A stretch of 64,000 bases of DNA, from the NCBI GenBank assembly GCA_027306505.1, contig DAHUZP010000017.1:47244-111243 (forward strand), in the 5' to 3' direction. This DNA comes from Thermoplasmata archaeon. Lineage in GTDB: Archaea; Thermoplasmatota; Thermoplasmata; Lutacidiplasmatales; UBA184. Positions 26,611-35,855 of the stretch are shown here, in pieces. A program made the position numbers and the translations under genes. Each line of letters opens with the position of its first letter. Positions within the stretch are counted from its first letter, which is position 1. Under the pieces are notes generated by a model. The model had not been told where the DNA came from. It did not search any database and was given only the letters and a program-made list of their open reading frames with translations.

Positions 26611-27746
26611 CCGTCGCCATCGCTTCCACCGGTCTCCTCAGGTTCGGCAAGCGTCCCGAGTGCCTCGAAGAGCTCCTCGCCGGGGCGGGACGAGAGGCGC
26701 TCCAGGGTGCCCCCGGGGGTGCGCGACCCGACGCGCTCATCGTCGCCAACATGGCCGCGGGCTCGCTCGCCCACACGGAGAGCCTCGCCCCGCGGATCGC
26801 GGACCTCTTGGGCCTCTCGGGAGTCCCGGCCTGGAGGGTCGAGTCCGCCTCGGCGACGGGAGCGGGGGGGTTCCAGCTGGGCGCCCATCTGGTCGCCTCG
26901 GGGGCCTTCGACCGGGTCCTCGTGGTCGCCGGGGAGAAGATGACCGCCCTTCCCACCGCCGCCACCACGACCGCGCTTTCCCGCTCCCTCTCTCCCCTCG
27001 AGGTGCGGCACGGGGGAACCATGCCGTCCATGGCCGCCCTGGTGAGCGGTCTCTACCTCTCGCGCTATCGACTCCCCATCGAGGAGATGGCCGAGGTCAC
27101 GGTCCGCAACCGCGCCAGTTCCTCCCGCAACCCCCGCGCCCAACTCACCGCTCTCGTGACCCGAGAGGAGGTGAACCATAGCCGAATGGTCTCCTCTCCG
27201 CTGCGGCTCCTCCACGTGAGCGCGATCAGCGACGGAGCGGGGGCGGTCCTGCTGACCCGACCGCGGTCGAAGGACGAGGTCGTGGTCCTGGGCATGGGGC
27301 AGTCGACGGAGGTGCTGGACGTCGCAGCCCGGCCGATGGAGCCTCCGGGGTTCCGTTCCACCCGTCGGGCGGCGAGGGCCGCCTACGACCAGGCCGGGGT
27401 CGGCCGCAAGGAGGTCCGCGTCGCCGAGGTGCACGACGCCTTCGCGCCGTTCCAGTTGATCGACCTGGAGGACCTCGGCTTCTGCGGACCGGGCGAAGGT
27501 CTCGAGTGGACGAAGGAGGGCCGGGGGGACCCGAACGGCGTGCTCCCGATCAACCCCTCCGGAGGGCTCCTCGGACGAGGACATCCCGTGGGGGCCTCAG
27601 GGCTCGCCCAGATCATCGAGATCGACCGGCAGCTCCGTGGCAGTGCGGGTCCGATGCAGGCGGGAGCGCCCACGGTGGGCCTCGCCCAGTCGGTGGGCGG
27701 CCTCGGCTCGCACAACTTCGTGAGCATCCTGGGGAGGAGGACTTGA
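26607..27746 (+). CDS. Thiolase-like protein (archaeal acetyl-CoA acetyltransferase, SCP-x type)
   Basis: Thiolase-fold similarity throughout (...VANMAAG..., ...HVSAISDGAGAVLL..., ...NPSGGLLGRGHPVGASG...). The ATG overlaps the Hjc stop (ATGA). Confidence 0.85.
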   Translation: MTVAIASTGLLRFGKRPECLEELLAGAGREALQGAPGGARPDALIVANMAAGSLAHTESLAPRIADLLGLSGVPAWRVESASATGAGGFQLGAHLVASGAFDRVLVVAGEKMTALPTAATTTALSRSLSPLEVRHGGTMPSMAALVSGLYLSRYRLPIEEMAEVTVRNRASSSRNPRAQLTALVTREEVNHSRMVSSPLRLLHVSAISDGAGAVLLTRPRSKDEVVVLGMGQSTEVLDVAARPMEPPGFRSTRRAARAAYDQAGVGRKEVRVAEVHDAFAPFQLIDLEDLGFCGPGEGLEWTKEGRGDPNGVLPINPSGGLLGRGHPVGASGLAQIIEIDRQLRGSAGPMQAGAPTVGLAQSVGGLGSHNFVSILGRRT

Positions 27747-28060
27747 TCGCGGTCTGGTCCTGCGGCCCCTGTTCGCTCCTCCTTCTGGAGCGGCACGACC
27801 GTTGCCCCTCCTGCGGAGGGGACCTCCTCGAGGGCTCGAGGGAGGGAGCGGCCACGGTGCTGGCCGCGACCGAGCTCCTGGTGGCCCCGGAGGGCTGGAG
27901 CGCGCCGCACCGGCTCGTCCTCTTCGAACTGGACGGGGGCGGGCGCTCCCTCGCGGTGGCGGAGGACCCCTTGCCGGCACCGGGAGGCCGCGGTCGTGTG
28001 GAACTGGGCCAGGAGGGGCGGTTCCTCTGGAAGAGGGTCCCCTCCGCTCCGTCCCTTTGA
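27743..28060 (+). CDS. DUF35 OB-fold/zinc-ribbon protein (thiolase partner)
   Basis: CGPCS...CPSCGG rubredoxin-like ribbon followed by an OB-like segment. The TTG start overlaps the thiolase stop (TTGA), the canonical archaeal arrangement. Confidence 0.6.
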   Translation: MIAVWSCGPCSLLLLERHDRCPSCGGDLLEGSREGAATVLAATELLVAPEGWSAPHRLVLFELDGGGRSLAVAEDPLPAPGGRGRVELGQEGRFLWKRVPSAPSL

Positions 28061-28442
28061 TCGGGCGGACCCACCGGTACGACGCTCGGCATCTCGCGGT
28101 CGACACCTGTAGCCCGTGCTGATCCCCTCGTAGTCGATCGAAGCCCAGGACTCCCCGGTCAGGCCGGGGTTCCTTCGGAGGGAGTGGGGATCGACCCAGG
28201 GCGCGAAGACCTGATCGGAGAGAGGCTCATTGGCCAAGGTGTGGAACCCCAGGTCGTACTGGAGCTGATCCGCCCCCTGGTGGTCCAGGAGCCTCCGGGT
28301 GCTGGTGCAACCGTGAGGCGCGCAGGCATCCCCCGAACGAACCCAGGCGACCCAATGGTCGTACGCCCAACCCTCGCACCCGTGGGTGACCTGATGGTTC
28401 CAGGGATCCGCGCCCGGGCAGGCCCGCGAGTAGCTCCCTTCG

Positions 28443-28750
28443 GTGAGGACACCGGTCAAGCCCTCCGATCGGAGAGTCTACGTGATCCAAGACCACCTCC
28501 CGGCCCACACCACGCCCTACGTACGAGCGCGGGCGAGGACGGACAAGAGGACTCTGGTGCCCAGTGCCACCCATGCCTCTTGGATGAGTCCCTTGGAGCG
28601 CCACACGGGGGACGCCCAGAAGCTGTCGTTGGAGGGGATGGACTATCGAACCTGGCCCGCGGTCGAGAGCGCGTTCCGGCGAGCCATCACCTATCGGAAC
28701 CGGGAGAGTAAGGGACGTGGGAAGGTGTTCCGGGATATCCAACGCCGCTG
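28443..28750 (+). pseudogene. IS630/Tc1-family transposase C-terminal remnant
   Basis: ...RRVYVIQDHLPAHTT... (DDE region) and ...SWMSPLERHTGDAQKLSLEG... resemble the conserved Y-SP-LNPIE-W segment of IS630 transposases. No intact N-terminal half; the surrounding 1 kb has only overlapping poor ORFs. Confidence 0.45.
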
Positions 28751-29047
28751 GAGATCACACCGACGACCTGCCTGGAAACAGCACCAGGTGCCCCGGCAGG
28801 AGCGGGGGTTGGGGCGCGGAGAGGAGGAAGTTCAACGGGCCGGGCCATCTGCGCGGGAGCGCGGCGGGCAAGTTAGGATCCGGAAGCCACCCCGATCGGC
28901 CGACCGATAGGCGGAGGAGGTCGGGCTGGCCTGGGCCAGTCCGCGGGAGACCTCCCGCGCGCCCCTAGAGCTCGGCCCGGCGGGGCAGGTCGGGGGCCGA
29001 ATGTATCCATCGGCAACGCTATACCTACCTTCCAGGATTGTTCAAGC

Positions 29048-29707
29048 GTGCTCACTACGGACGGAAAGCGGTTTTGTCCATATTGCGGAAGCTCCAATCC
29101 AAGTTACTTTCTATCGTGTGGAACTTGCCGGGCCACCCTTCCTCCACCCCCGCCCCCGTCCTCCCTCCCAGCCCCCCCGCCGCCACCTCCAGGTCCCTCG
29201 CCAAGCTCGGGCTCCGCACCGAGCACTGCCTTCGCCCTCGTCCCTCCGCTCCCCCCACCCCCGCTCGCGAGCTCCGAGGGCGCGGTCGCTTGGTACCTCG
29301 GTCGGCCCTTGCGCCAGGCACGGATCGTGGCGGCCGTCTGGGGGCTCATCGGACTGGCACCGCTCTTCCTCGCGCTCTCCTTCTTGATCTCTCCCCTGCT
29401 CTCCTGTCCGACGCTCGGAGGGGCATGCACCGCCATGTTGGCCTTCCCGGGGTACTATGCCGGCTGGATCGCGCTGTTGGTCTACGCGACCCTCTGGGTC
29501 CTTCTCAGCGCGGCGACCTTCCTGGAGCTGCGGTACTGGATCGTTTGGGTGGAGCACCGGCACTTCTCCTTCGTGCGGCAGCGCCTGCTCGCCTGGGCCG
29601 TCTTCTCCGTCCTCTTTTCGACCGTCCTCGGGGTCTTCCTGGCCGCGGCCTACTTGCGACTTCAGAACGCGACCCGCTACGCCAATTTGGATAGGATCGG
29701 ATCATAA
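29048..29707 (+). CDS. Zinc-ribbon membrane protein
   Basis: N-terminal CPYCGSS...CGTC ribbon, poly-Pro linker, and 4 TM segments. Confidence 0.55.
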   Translation: MLTTDGKRFCPYCGSSNPSYFLSCGTCRATLPPPPPPSSLPAPPPPPPGPSPSSGSAPSTAFALVPPLPPPPLASSEGAVAWYLGRPLRQARIVAAVWGLIGLAPLFLALSFLISPLLSCPTLGGACTAMLAFPGYYAGWIALLVYATLWVLLSAATFLELRYWIVWVEHRHFSFVRQRLLAWAVFSVLFSTVLGVFLAAAYLRLQNATRYANLDRIGS

Positions 29708-29721
29708 GGGGAGGGGACGAC

Positions 29722-30456
29722 TTGCCCACGACCTACTGCACGAATTGTGGAGCGGTCAACCCGCTCGACGCGGAGGAGTGTGTCCAGTGTCACGAGCCCA
29801 TCGAGACCTCCCTGAGGTCGTCCAGGGAACCCTCCGCCCCCGAGGACACTAGCACAACGCCTGGAAGCTCCTCGGCAGGCCTTCCTGCCGGTGCCCTCCC
29901 CATGTTGGCTCCGCCCCCCGCGCTCCCTCCGCCTCCCCCTCCGGTTCCGCCTCCCCCTCCTCCATCGACGACGGTCCCGCTGAACATCCTCGGAACTCCC
30001 CCCGATTACCATGGGCTCGGGAACCCCGCCCCTCCCCCCATCTATCTGCAGCGACCCCCGGGCGCCTTGCGTCGAGCCGCCGCCTTGGCGGCCATCTTCT
30101 TCATCGTCGGGACCACGCTCGTCCTAGTGGCCATAGGCCCTCTCGACCACGTGCAGAGCACATTCTTCGTCCAGTGCGGCGCGGGGGCCCCGGCGGCCAC
30201 CACGAACACGTACCCCGCCGGGATACCCGTGGACCTCAGCTGGGCCGCCGCATCGCCTGCCGGAGCGCTCGGGGTCCTCCACGTCTATCCATCCTCGACG
30301 GGCACGTGGAACGACGCGTACACCGGGAACGGAGCAGACGGGAGCGGGCAGTTCTCCTCCAACGGTGGTGCCTTCGTGTACGCCTGTTCGATGTCCGTCT
30401 ACCCGTACAACGGCTCGATAGCGGTCACGACCAGCTACTGGGGCCCGTGGCTATGA
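29722..30456 (+). CDS. Zinc-ribbon membrane protein with extracytoplasmic C-terminal domain
   Basis: CTNCGAV...CVQCHEP ribbon, poly-Pro linker, one TM, then a ~110-aa domain homologous to the C-terminus of the 30597 protein (shared ...LHVY..., ...G.SG..QF.SNGG....CS... pattern). Confidence 0.6.
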   Translation: MPTTYCTNCGAVNPLDAEECVQCHEPIETSLRSSREPSAPEDTSTTPGSSSAGLPAGALPMLAPPPALPPPPPPVPPPPPPSTTVPLNILGTPPDYHGLGNPAPPPIYLQRPPGALRRAAALAAIFFIVGTTLVLVAIGPLDHVQSTFFVQCGAGAPAATTNTYPAGIPVDLSWAAASPAGALGVLHVYPSSTGTWNDAYTGNGADGSGQFSSNGGAFVYACSMSVYPYNGSIAVTTSYWGPWL

Positions 30457-30596
30457 TCCTCGGAGAAGGAGGGCTCCTCCCAGGCGCCTTTCTGGCGACC
30501 ACGAACCACCGGACCCACGAGACGTCTCCCCCCGTCTTTCTCGACCTTCCATCGAGACCGCAGGGTAGGATGATCTGACCTCGAGGGTCCATCGAG

Positions 30597-33404
30597 ATGG
30601 GAGACACGGAAGTCGCGGGGCAGGGGGGCGATCCCTCCGGGGAGCGGCAGAAGGCGCGACGGCCCTCGGCAGAAGCGTCGCGCAACGCAGGGATGGCGGA
30701 GAGTGCCAACGGGAGGGAGCGCCCCTCGAGGTCTTCCGAGTCCTCCGAGTCCTCCGGCGCCTTCCTGGTCGTGCTGCTCCTCGCCCTGGCGGTCCTCGCC
30801 GGGCTGCTCGACCTCCTGACGTTCCCCTCGAGCCTGCTCGGGCCCACCGAGGTCCTCCTCATCGCGGCCGTAGCCCTCGTGGTCCTTGTCCTCGTACTGT
30901 TCCGCAGCTCCTACCTGGTCCAGCCCTTCGAGGTGGCCTACGCCTTGAGGGGGACCGGTCCCGGCGCGCGGCGGCTGGACCCGGGATGGAGCCTGGTGAG
31001 CCCCTTCTCCAAGGTCTACCGGGTGGACCGGCGCACCCAGGTCTTGGAGGTCGAGACCAAGTTGGGGATCACCAAGGACAAGGTGCCGGTCCGCGTCAGG
31101 GCCTCCCTGCGCTTCAAGGTGGACCGGGGGGCTTTCGCGGCCCTCGGCGTCCCGGACTACAGGGAGGCCACCGTGCGCGCCACCGAGGGCGCATTGCTGC
31201 TTCTCCTAGGGACCAAGGACCTGGCGGAGATCGAGGCGGAACGCCCGGCCCTCAACAGCGCCCTCGCGGAACGAGTATCGAAGGACGCGGCCGGATGGGG
31301 CGTACGGGTCTCGGCGGTCGAGCTGCTCGAGGTCGACCCCGGTCCCTCCGTGCTCCAGGCGATGAGCGTGGAGGCGGCGGCCCTGCGCCAGCACCGTGCC
31401 GAGCTGCTGCGGGTGGAGGACGAGCGCCAGAACCGGCTCCTCCAGGCCCTCGAGGTGGAGGAGACCGCGGCCCGGCAGCGAAGGGCGGAGATCCTCCGGG
31501 CGGATGGTCAGAGGCGCTCCCATCTCCTCCTGTCGGAGGGCGAGATGCGATCGAGGCTCCTCCAGGCCGAGGGGGAGCGGCTCGCCGGCCTCTTGGAAGC
31601 GATTGGGCACGCCCAGAGGCTCCAGCTGCGCGCTGCGTCGGCGGACAGCCCCTCGTCGGAGATCTACCGTCTCCTGGGACCGGACCCGGAGAACACCATG
31701 GCCCTGCGTCAGGCGAACCTCACTCTGCTTCCGAGGAGGGTCTCGATGCTGCACGAGGAGTTCTCCAGGCCTCTCGTGCCGTTGGAGGAGCCGTTCCTGT
31801 TCGACACCACCTCGGGGGAGTACCCTGACCTGTCCGAGCCCACCGGGGAGGAGGCGGCCCCGGTCCCAGGAGAGGGCACGGCGCTGGGCGACCTTCTCCC
31901 GAGCCCCTCCCCCACCATGGAGGGGGCCGCGACCCCTGCCTCCGGGCTCGCCGCCGCCCCCGCCGCCAACGCCGCCCCCGCGGTCGCGGGCCTTGCCCCG
32001 GGCGCCTCGATTTCGAGCAAAGTGCTGACCACTGATGGGGTGACCGTCAACTACTACCTCGGCGGGGCCGGAGGCCCTGGAGAAGGCGAGCCACCCGTCC
32101 CGTCGAAGAGCCCTCCGCCGAACCTTCCCCCGATCATCATCCCCGGTGGGTTCTCCGGACAGTCGAACACGAAGATCATCTCGACGGACAAGGTCACCCT
32201 CAACTACGGCATGGGTGGCAAGGGCCCGGGCGGGGAGCCCGAGGAAGCGCACCCGGGTCCCCAGCGGGCGTGCGTGCGTTGCGGCGTCCTCAACCCTGCG
32301 AACTACCGCTTCTGCGTGCACTGCGGGGCCCCGCCGCCCCCTGACGTGGTCCACGAGCCGGTGGGGGTGCCCATGCCCCTACCTCCGCCCCCGGTCTGGA
32401 TCCTCGCCCGTCCCCCGACGGCGAGCCCCCTGGACTGGGAGAAGCTCTCCCCTTCGCGCCAGCGACGTTTGCGTGACGTGGTGGGCCATCTCCACCAAGC
32501 CTCTGCGATGGCGCTCGTCTGGACGGCCCTCGGGTTCATTCCCCTCACCTTCTCGGTCATCGGTCTCCTTTCCCCGATGGGTGGCTGCGGGAGCATCCTC
32601 GGCCTTCTGGGCTGCGCCACCGCCGGTACCGCAGGGTACCTGGAACAGTGGGTCCTCCTCCTCGCCTACTCCCTAGGTTGGATCACGGTCAACGCCGCCA
32701 TCTTCGTGCGGACCCCGAGCTGGATCTCGAACACGGAGGCCCTCTACCTTCCGTTCGTGAAGGAACAGGTGACGGTCTGGGGCGTCCTCTCCTTCCTCTT
32801 CGGGCTCGTCGCGTCGGCCTTCCTCCTCAGGGTCCGAATGGACCTCACCCCGCTCATCTCGAGCTGCCCGCACTGCTACACGACCAATCCCCCCACGCAG
32901 CAATACTGCAGGAAGTGCGGGCGGCAGGTCTTCCACGTGGCCCCCGCGCGCTCCGCCCGTCCGGACCTTCCCCCCTACCCGGCCTCGGGGCGGGCCGGGG
33001 GAGAGCGGCGCCCATGGGGGCGAACGTCGAGAGTGGCCGCGGGCCTCCTCATCGGGCTGGTGGTCCTCCTCGGGGTCTTGGCCGTGGTCCCGTTGAACAA
33101 CCAGGGCCAGACGGTGAGCCTCCTCTGCGGAGGGGCCACGGCGGCCACGGGAGCGGTCTATCTGCCCTCCCAGGCGCAGGTCCAGCTCCACTGGACCGTG
33201 GGCGGACAGAATGGGACGGTCCACCTCCATGTCTACGATGGCCCGGTCCAGAGCGCAGACCTGGTCTACTCGGGCACGGGCTCGAGCGGCACCGTGCAGT
33301 TCGGGTCGAACGGGGGGACCTACCTCTTGACCTGTTCCACGATCTCCGGGGCTTGGACCGACCCCGTGAACGTCTCGACCGAATATCCCACGCCCATCCT
33401 CTGA
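30597..33404 (+). CDS. Large SPFH/band-7 (stomatin/HflK-like) membrane protein with two zinc ribbons and a C-terminal ectodomain
   Basis: N-terminal TM, canonical SPFH core (...RVRASLRFKVDR...WGVRVSAVELLEVDP...), coiled-coil, two ~25-aa repeats (K.L.TD.VT.NY), CVRCG...CVHCG and CPHCY...CRKCG ribbons, 4 TM segments, and a terminal domain paralogous to 29722. Confidence 0.75.
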   Translation: MGDTEVAGQGGDPSGERQKARRPSAEASRNAGMAESANGRERPSRSSESSESSGAFLVVLLLALAVLAGLLDLLTFPSSLLGPTEVLLIAAVALVVLVLVLFRSSYLVQPFEVAYALRGTGPGARRLDPGWSLVSPFSKVYRVDRRTQVLEVETKLGITKDKVPVRVRASLRFKVDRGAFAALGVPDYREATVRATEGALLLLLGTKDLAEIEAERPALNSALAERVSKDAAGWGVRVSAVELLEVDPGPSVLQAMSVEAAALRQHRAELLRVEDERQNRLLQALEVEETAARQRRAEILRADGQRRSHLLLSEGEMRSRLLQAEGERLAGLLEAIGHAQRLQLRAASADSPSSEIYRLLGPDPENTMALRQANLTLLPRRVSMLHEEFSRPLVPLEEPFLFDTTSGEYPDLSEPTGEEAAPVPGEGTALGDLLPSPSPTMEGAATPASGLAAAPAANAAPAVAGLAPGASISSKVLTTDGVTVNYYLGGAGGPGEGEPPVPSKSPPPNLPPIIIPGGFSGQSNTKIISTDKVTLNYGMGGKGPGGEPEEAHPGPQRACVRCGVLNPANYRFCVHCGAPPPPDVVHEPVGVPMPLPPPPVWILARPPTASPLDWEKLSPSRQRRLRDVVGHLHQASAMALVWTALGFIPLTFSVIGLLSPMGGCGSILGLLGCATAGTAGYLEQWVLLLAYSLGWITVNAAIFVRTPSWISNTEALYLPFVKEQVTVWGVLSFLFGLVASAFLLRVRMDLTPLISSCPHCYTTNPPTQQYCRKCGRQVFHVAPARSARPDLPPYPASGRAGGERRPWGRTSRVAAGLLIGLVVLLGVLAVVPLNNQGQTVSLLCGGATAATGAVYLPSQAQVQLHWTVGGQNGTVHLHVYDGPVQSADLVYSGTGSSGTVQFGSNGGTYLLTCSTISGAWTDPVNVSTEYPTPIL

Positions 33405-33457
33405 GCGCCCGGCGGACCTCGGCAGGGGACCCGGCGGCCCAGGAGGGCCTGGTCGCC

Positions 33458-35323
33458 TTACGAGGAGCCCTCGGAGCGGGTCGCGGGCGGGGCCTCGTCC
33501 TCCGGAGCGGTGCGGGCGATGAGCGCGAGCGACACCAGCAACAGGGCCACCACTCCCCCGACGACCAGCAGGCCCTCGAGGCCGGGAAGTCCTAGGAACT
33601 GGCTCGAGGAGGACGTCCCGGTGGGGTAGGACGGCGTGGGGCTCCCGCCCACCACCTGCAGGGCGGCGGTGGCGCTGGCGCTCGCCCCCGTGGAGTCGTT
33701 GACGTAGGCCCGGACCGTGAAGTCCCCCCGGGAGGAGGGCGCGCACGTCAGCGAAGGCCGGTTCGAACTGGTGCATCCCGGGGGTAGACCCACGTAAGCG
33801 TAGCTGAAGGGCGGGCTCCCACCGGAGGCCGTGACGCTCAGCGTAACCGTCCCACCGGCGGGGACCGAACCTGGAGCGATCGAAAAGGCCGTGATCACAG
33901 GGGCCCCCGCCGCGCCGCCGGACGTCGTGGTGACCGTGAAGCTCCCCCCCGACGCGTTGCTCCCTGAGGAGTCCAGGACCCAGAGAGAGACCTGGAACGT
34001 GCCGACCCCCCCGTAGGTGTGGTTCGCCCCGGAGCCTGCGCAGCCGGTGCAACTGGTCCCGTCGCCGAAGCGCCAGTCGTAGGTGTACGGTGGGCTCCCG
34101 CCCTGGGCCGTCGCTTGGAACCGGACCGCGAGCGGGGCGGTGCCGGAGGCCGGGGCCCCCGTGAACACCGCCGAGAGGACGCCCGCACCCGGGGCCCCTA
34201 GCGTGGCGATCGGCATCACACCGTTGGGGGGTTCCGCGCGCACCCTCACCCACGAGTAGGCCACCGTGGACCCGCAGTAGTTGGGGGAGGAAGTGAACAT
34301 CGCGAGGTAGCCCGAGGAAAGGACAGGGGCGACCGACGTGGTCACCGACGAGTAGTTCACGTAGACCGTGGGGCCGTCGACGCTCAGGATCGACCAGGTG
34401 TAGGCCCCGGCGGAAGCGCTCGCCACGGGGGCGAGCGAGGGGGAAAGCACTTGGAGGGGGCTTCCCACGCCAAAGGTGTTGCAGGGCGAGCTGCCGTCCA
34501 GGTATCCCACGCTGTCCCCCTGGCCCACGTAGCTGCTCGACGAGCTGCTGCTCGCGATGGCCAGCTGATAGCCTCCCGCGACCTCCTGGACATAGGCGAT
34601 CCGCCCGTCCACGACCGAGGTCGGTCCAATGGTGATGGGTGACACCGCGTAGGCCGTTCCCACGTTGACCGAGCTCACGCTGAGCTCATCGTTCGAGATC
34701 CCTACGTAGGTGGTGCAACAGCCGTTCCCGCTCGAGGCCCAGCCGATGGTGGAGAGGCTCGAGGAGTTCCCGAGGAAGTTCTGGTACTCGTTGAAGACGT
34801 CCCTACCGTTGTCGTAGATCCCCACCGGCAACGAGAGCGTGGGGGCCTCTCCCACCCGATACCCATTGAACGTGAGGGTCCCGAGGGGCTGAAAGACCAT
34901 CTCGAGCGTGACCGTGGAGCCTGCCGGCACCCCGTTGATGAGGTTCAACCAGTACACGGAGGAGGTCGCATTGTTGAGGGCGCCGGATTCCAACCAGCTG
35001 GGCACGACGGTCCCGTTCGTGTAGGTGAACTCGACATTGGACAGATTGGTCGCCTCGTAGGAGGCGTAGGTGAGGCTGTCGACCACGAGCTTCAGCTGGA
35101 AGGGGGCGGGCGAAGGGACGGACTGGGCGTTGGTGACCTGGATGGGTACCGTCACGGCCGAGGAGGCGTGGGCCCTTGTGGTGGAGGCAAAGGCGAGGGC
35201 GGGCCCTCGCTCCCCCGCGAACGGCATCGAACTGTCGTGGGCAGGAGCGCTCGCCCCGATGGGGAGGACCAGTGTTAGGACGATGAGAAACAGCGCCATC
35301 CACGACCTGGATCTCATCTTCAT
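33458..35323 (-). CDS. Secreted/surface PKD-domain protein with C-terminal TM anchor
   Basis: Signal peptide MKMRSRSWMALFLIVLTLVLPIGASA. PKD-like ...PPYTYDWRFGDGTS... repeats. C-terminal hydrophobic anchor LLVVGGVVALLLVSLALI. Confidence 0.75.
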   Translation of the reverse strand: MKMRSRSWMALFLIVLTLVLPIGASAPAHDSSMPFAGERGPALAFASTTRAHASSAVTVPIQVTNAQSVPSPAPFQLKLVVDSLTYASYEATNLSNVEFTYTNGTVVPSWLESGALNNATSSVYWLNLINGVPAGSTVTLEMVFQPLGTLTFNGYRVGEAPTLSLPVGIYDNGRDVFNEYQNFLGNSSSLSTIGWASSGNGCCTTYVGISNDELSVSSVNVGTAYAVSPITIGPTSVVDGRIAYVQEVAGGYQLAIASSSSSSSYVGQGDSVGYLDGSSPCNTFGVGSPLQVLSPSLAPVASASAGAYTWSILSVDGPTVYVNYSSVTTSVAPVLSSGYLAMFTSSPNYCGSTVAYSWVRVRAEPPNGVMPIATLGAPGAGVLSAVFTGAPASGTAPLAVRFQATAQGGSPPYTYDWRFGDGTSCTGCAGSGANHTYGGVGTFQVSLWVLDSSGSNASGGSFTVTTTSGGAAGAPVITAFSIAPGSVPAGGTVTLSVTASGGSPPFSYAYVGLPPGCTSSNRPSLTCAPSSRGDFTVRAYVNDSTGASASATAALQVVGGSPTPSYPTGTSSSSQFLGLPGLEGLLVVGGVVALLLVSLALIARTAPEDEAPPATRSEGSS

Positions 35324-35653
35324 GGTCCGTTCGGAGTGGTATGGGAGGTCCGCCCTGATTAATGATTCCCGTACTTGACCGGGGACCTCCGCTTCACCTC
35401 GCATCCCACCGCGCCCGCTGAAGGCCCTGTCCGTTCCCCCTCCGCGCTTCCCTCCCGCCCTCCCGGCCCTCTCCCCAGCGCGGACGGCCCGCCCTCGGCC
35501 CTGAGGGCGGGGACCGTCGTCGGACAGGGCCCGGCTCTGCGGACCCCGAAATGGGCGACCCGGTGGGGATGGGGGTCGGGACGCGGGGAGGGGGATGTTC
35601 CGCGGGCCGGGTTCGTCCCGGACCGCCTTTGAACCCCCGAGGTGCAAGCACCA

Positions 35654-35718
35654 CAGGATTAGCAATCCTGCGCCGTACCGGGCTGGGCCATCCCCGCGCA
35701 GGCGGCGCGACCTGCGCG
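35654..35718. promoter_or_regulatory. Two hairpin-forming inverted repeats in the 530-bp divergent intergenic region
   Basis: CAGGATT-AGC-AATCCTG (perfect 7-bp arms) and CGCGCAGG-N8-CCTGCGCG, followed by ATTTAAG. Confidence 0.35.
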
Positions 35719-35855
35719 CGCCATTTAAGCGTGGTGGCGCCAGCGATCCCTCACCTTCCGCCGGCCGTCCACCCCGGCAGGAAACGAGCGAGGCCGCCGC
35801 CCGGCCCGGGTGCACTTATCTACCCACGGCCATCGGGCCGGCCGAGGGCGTGAAC

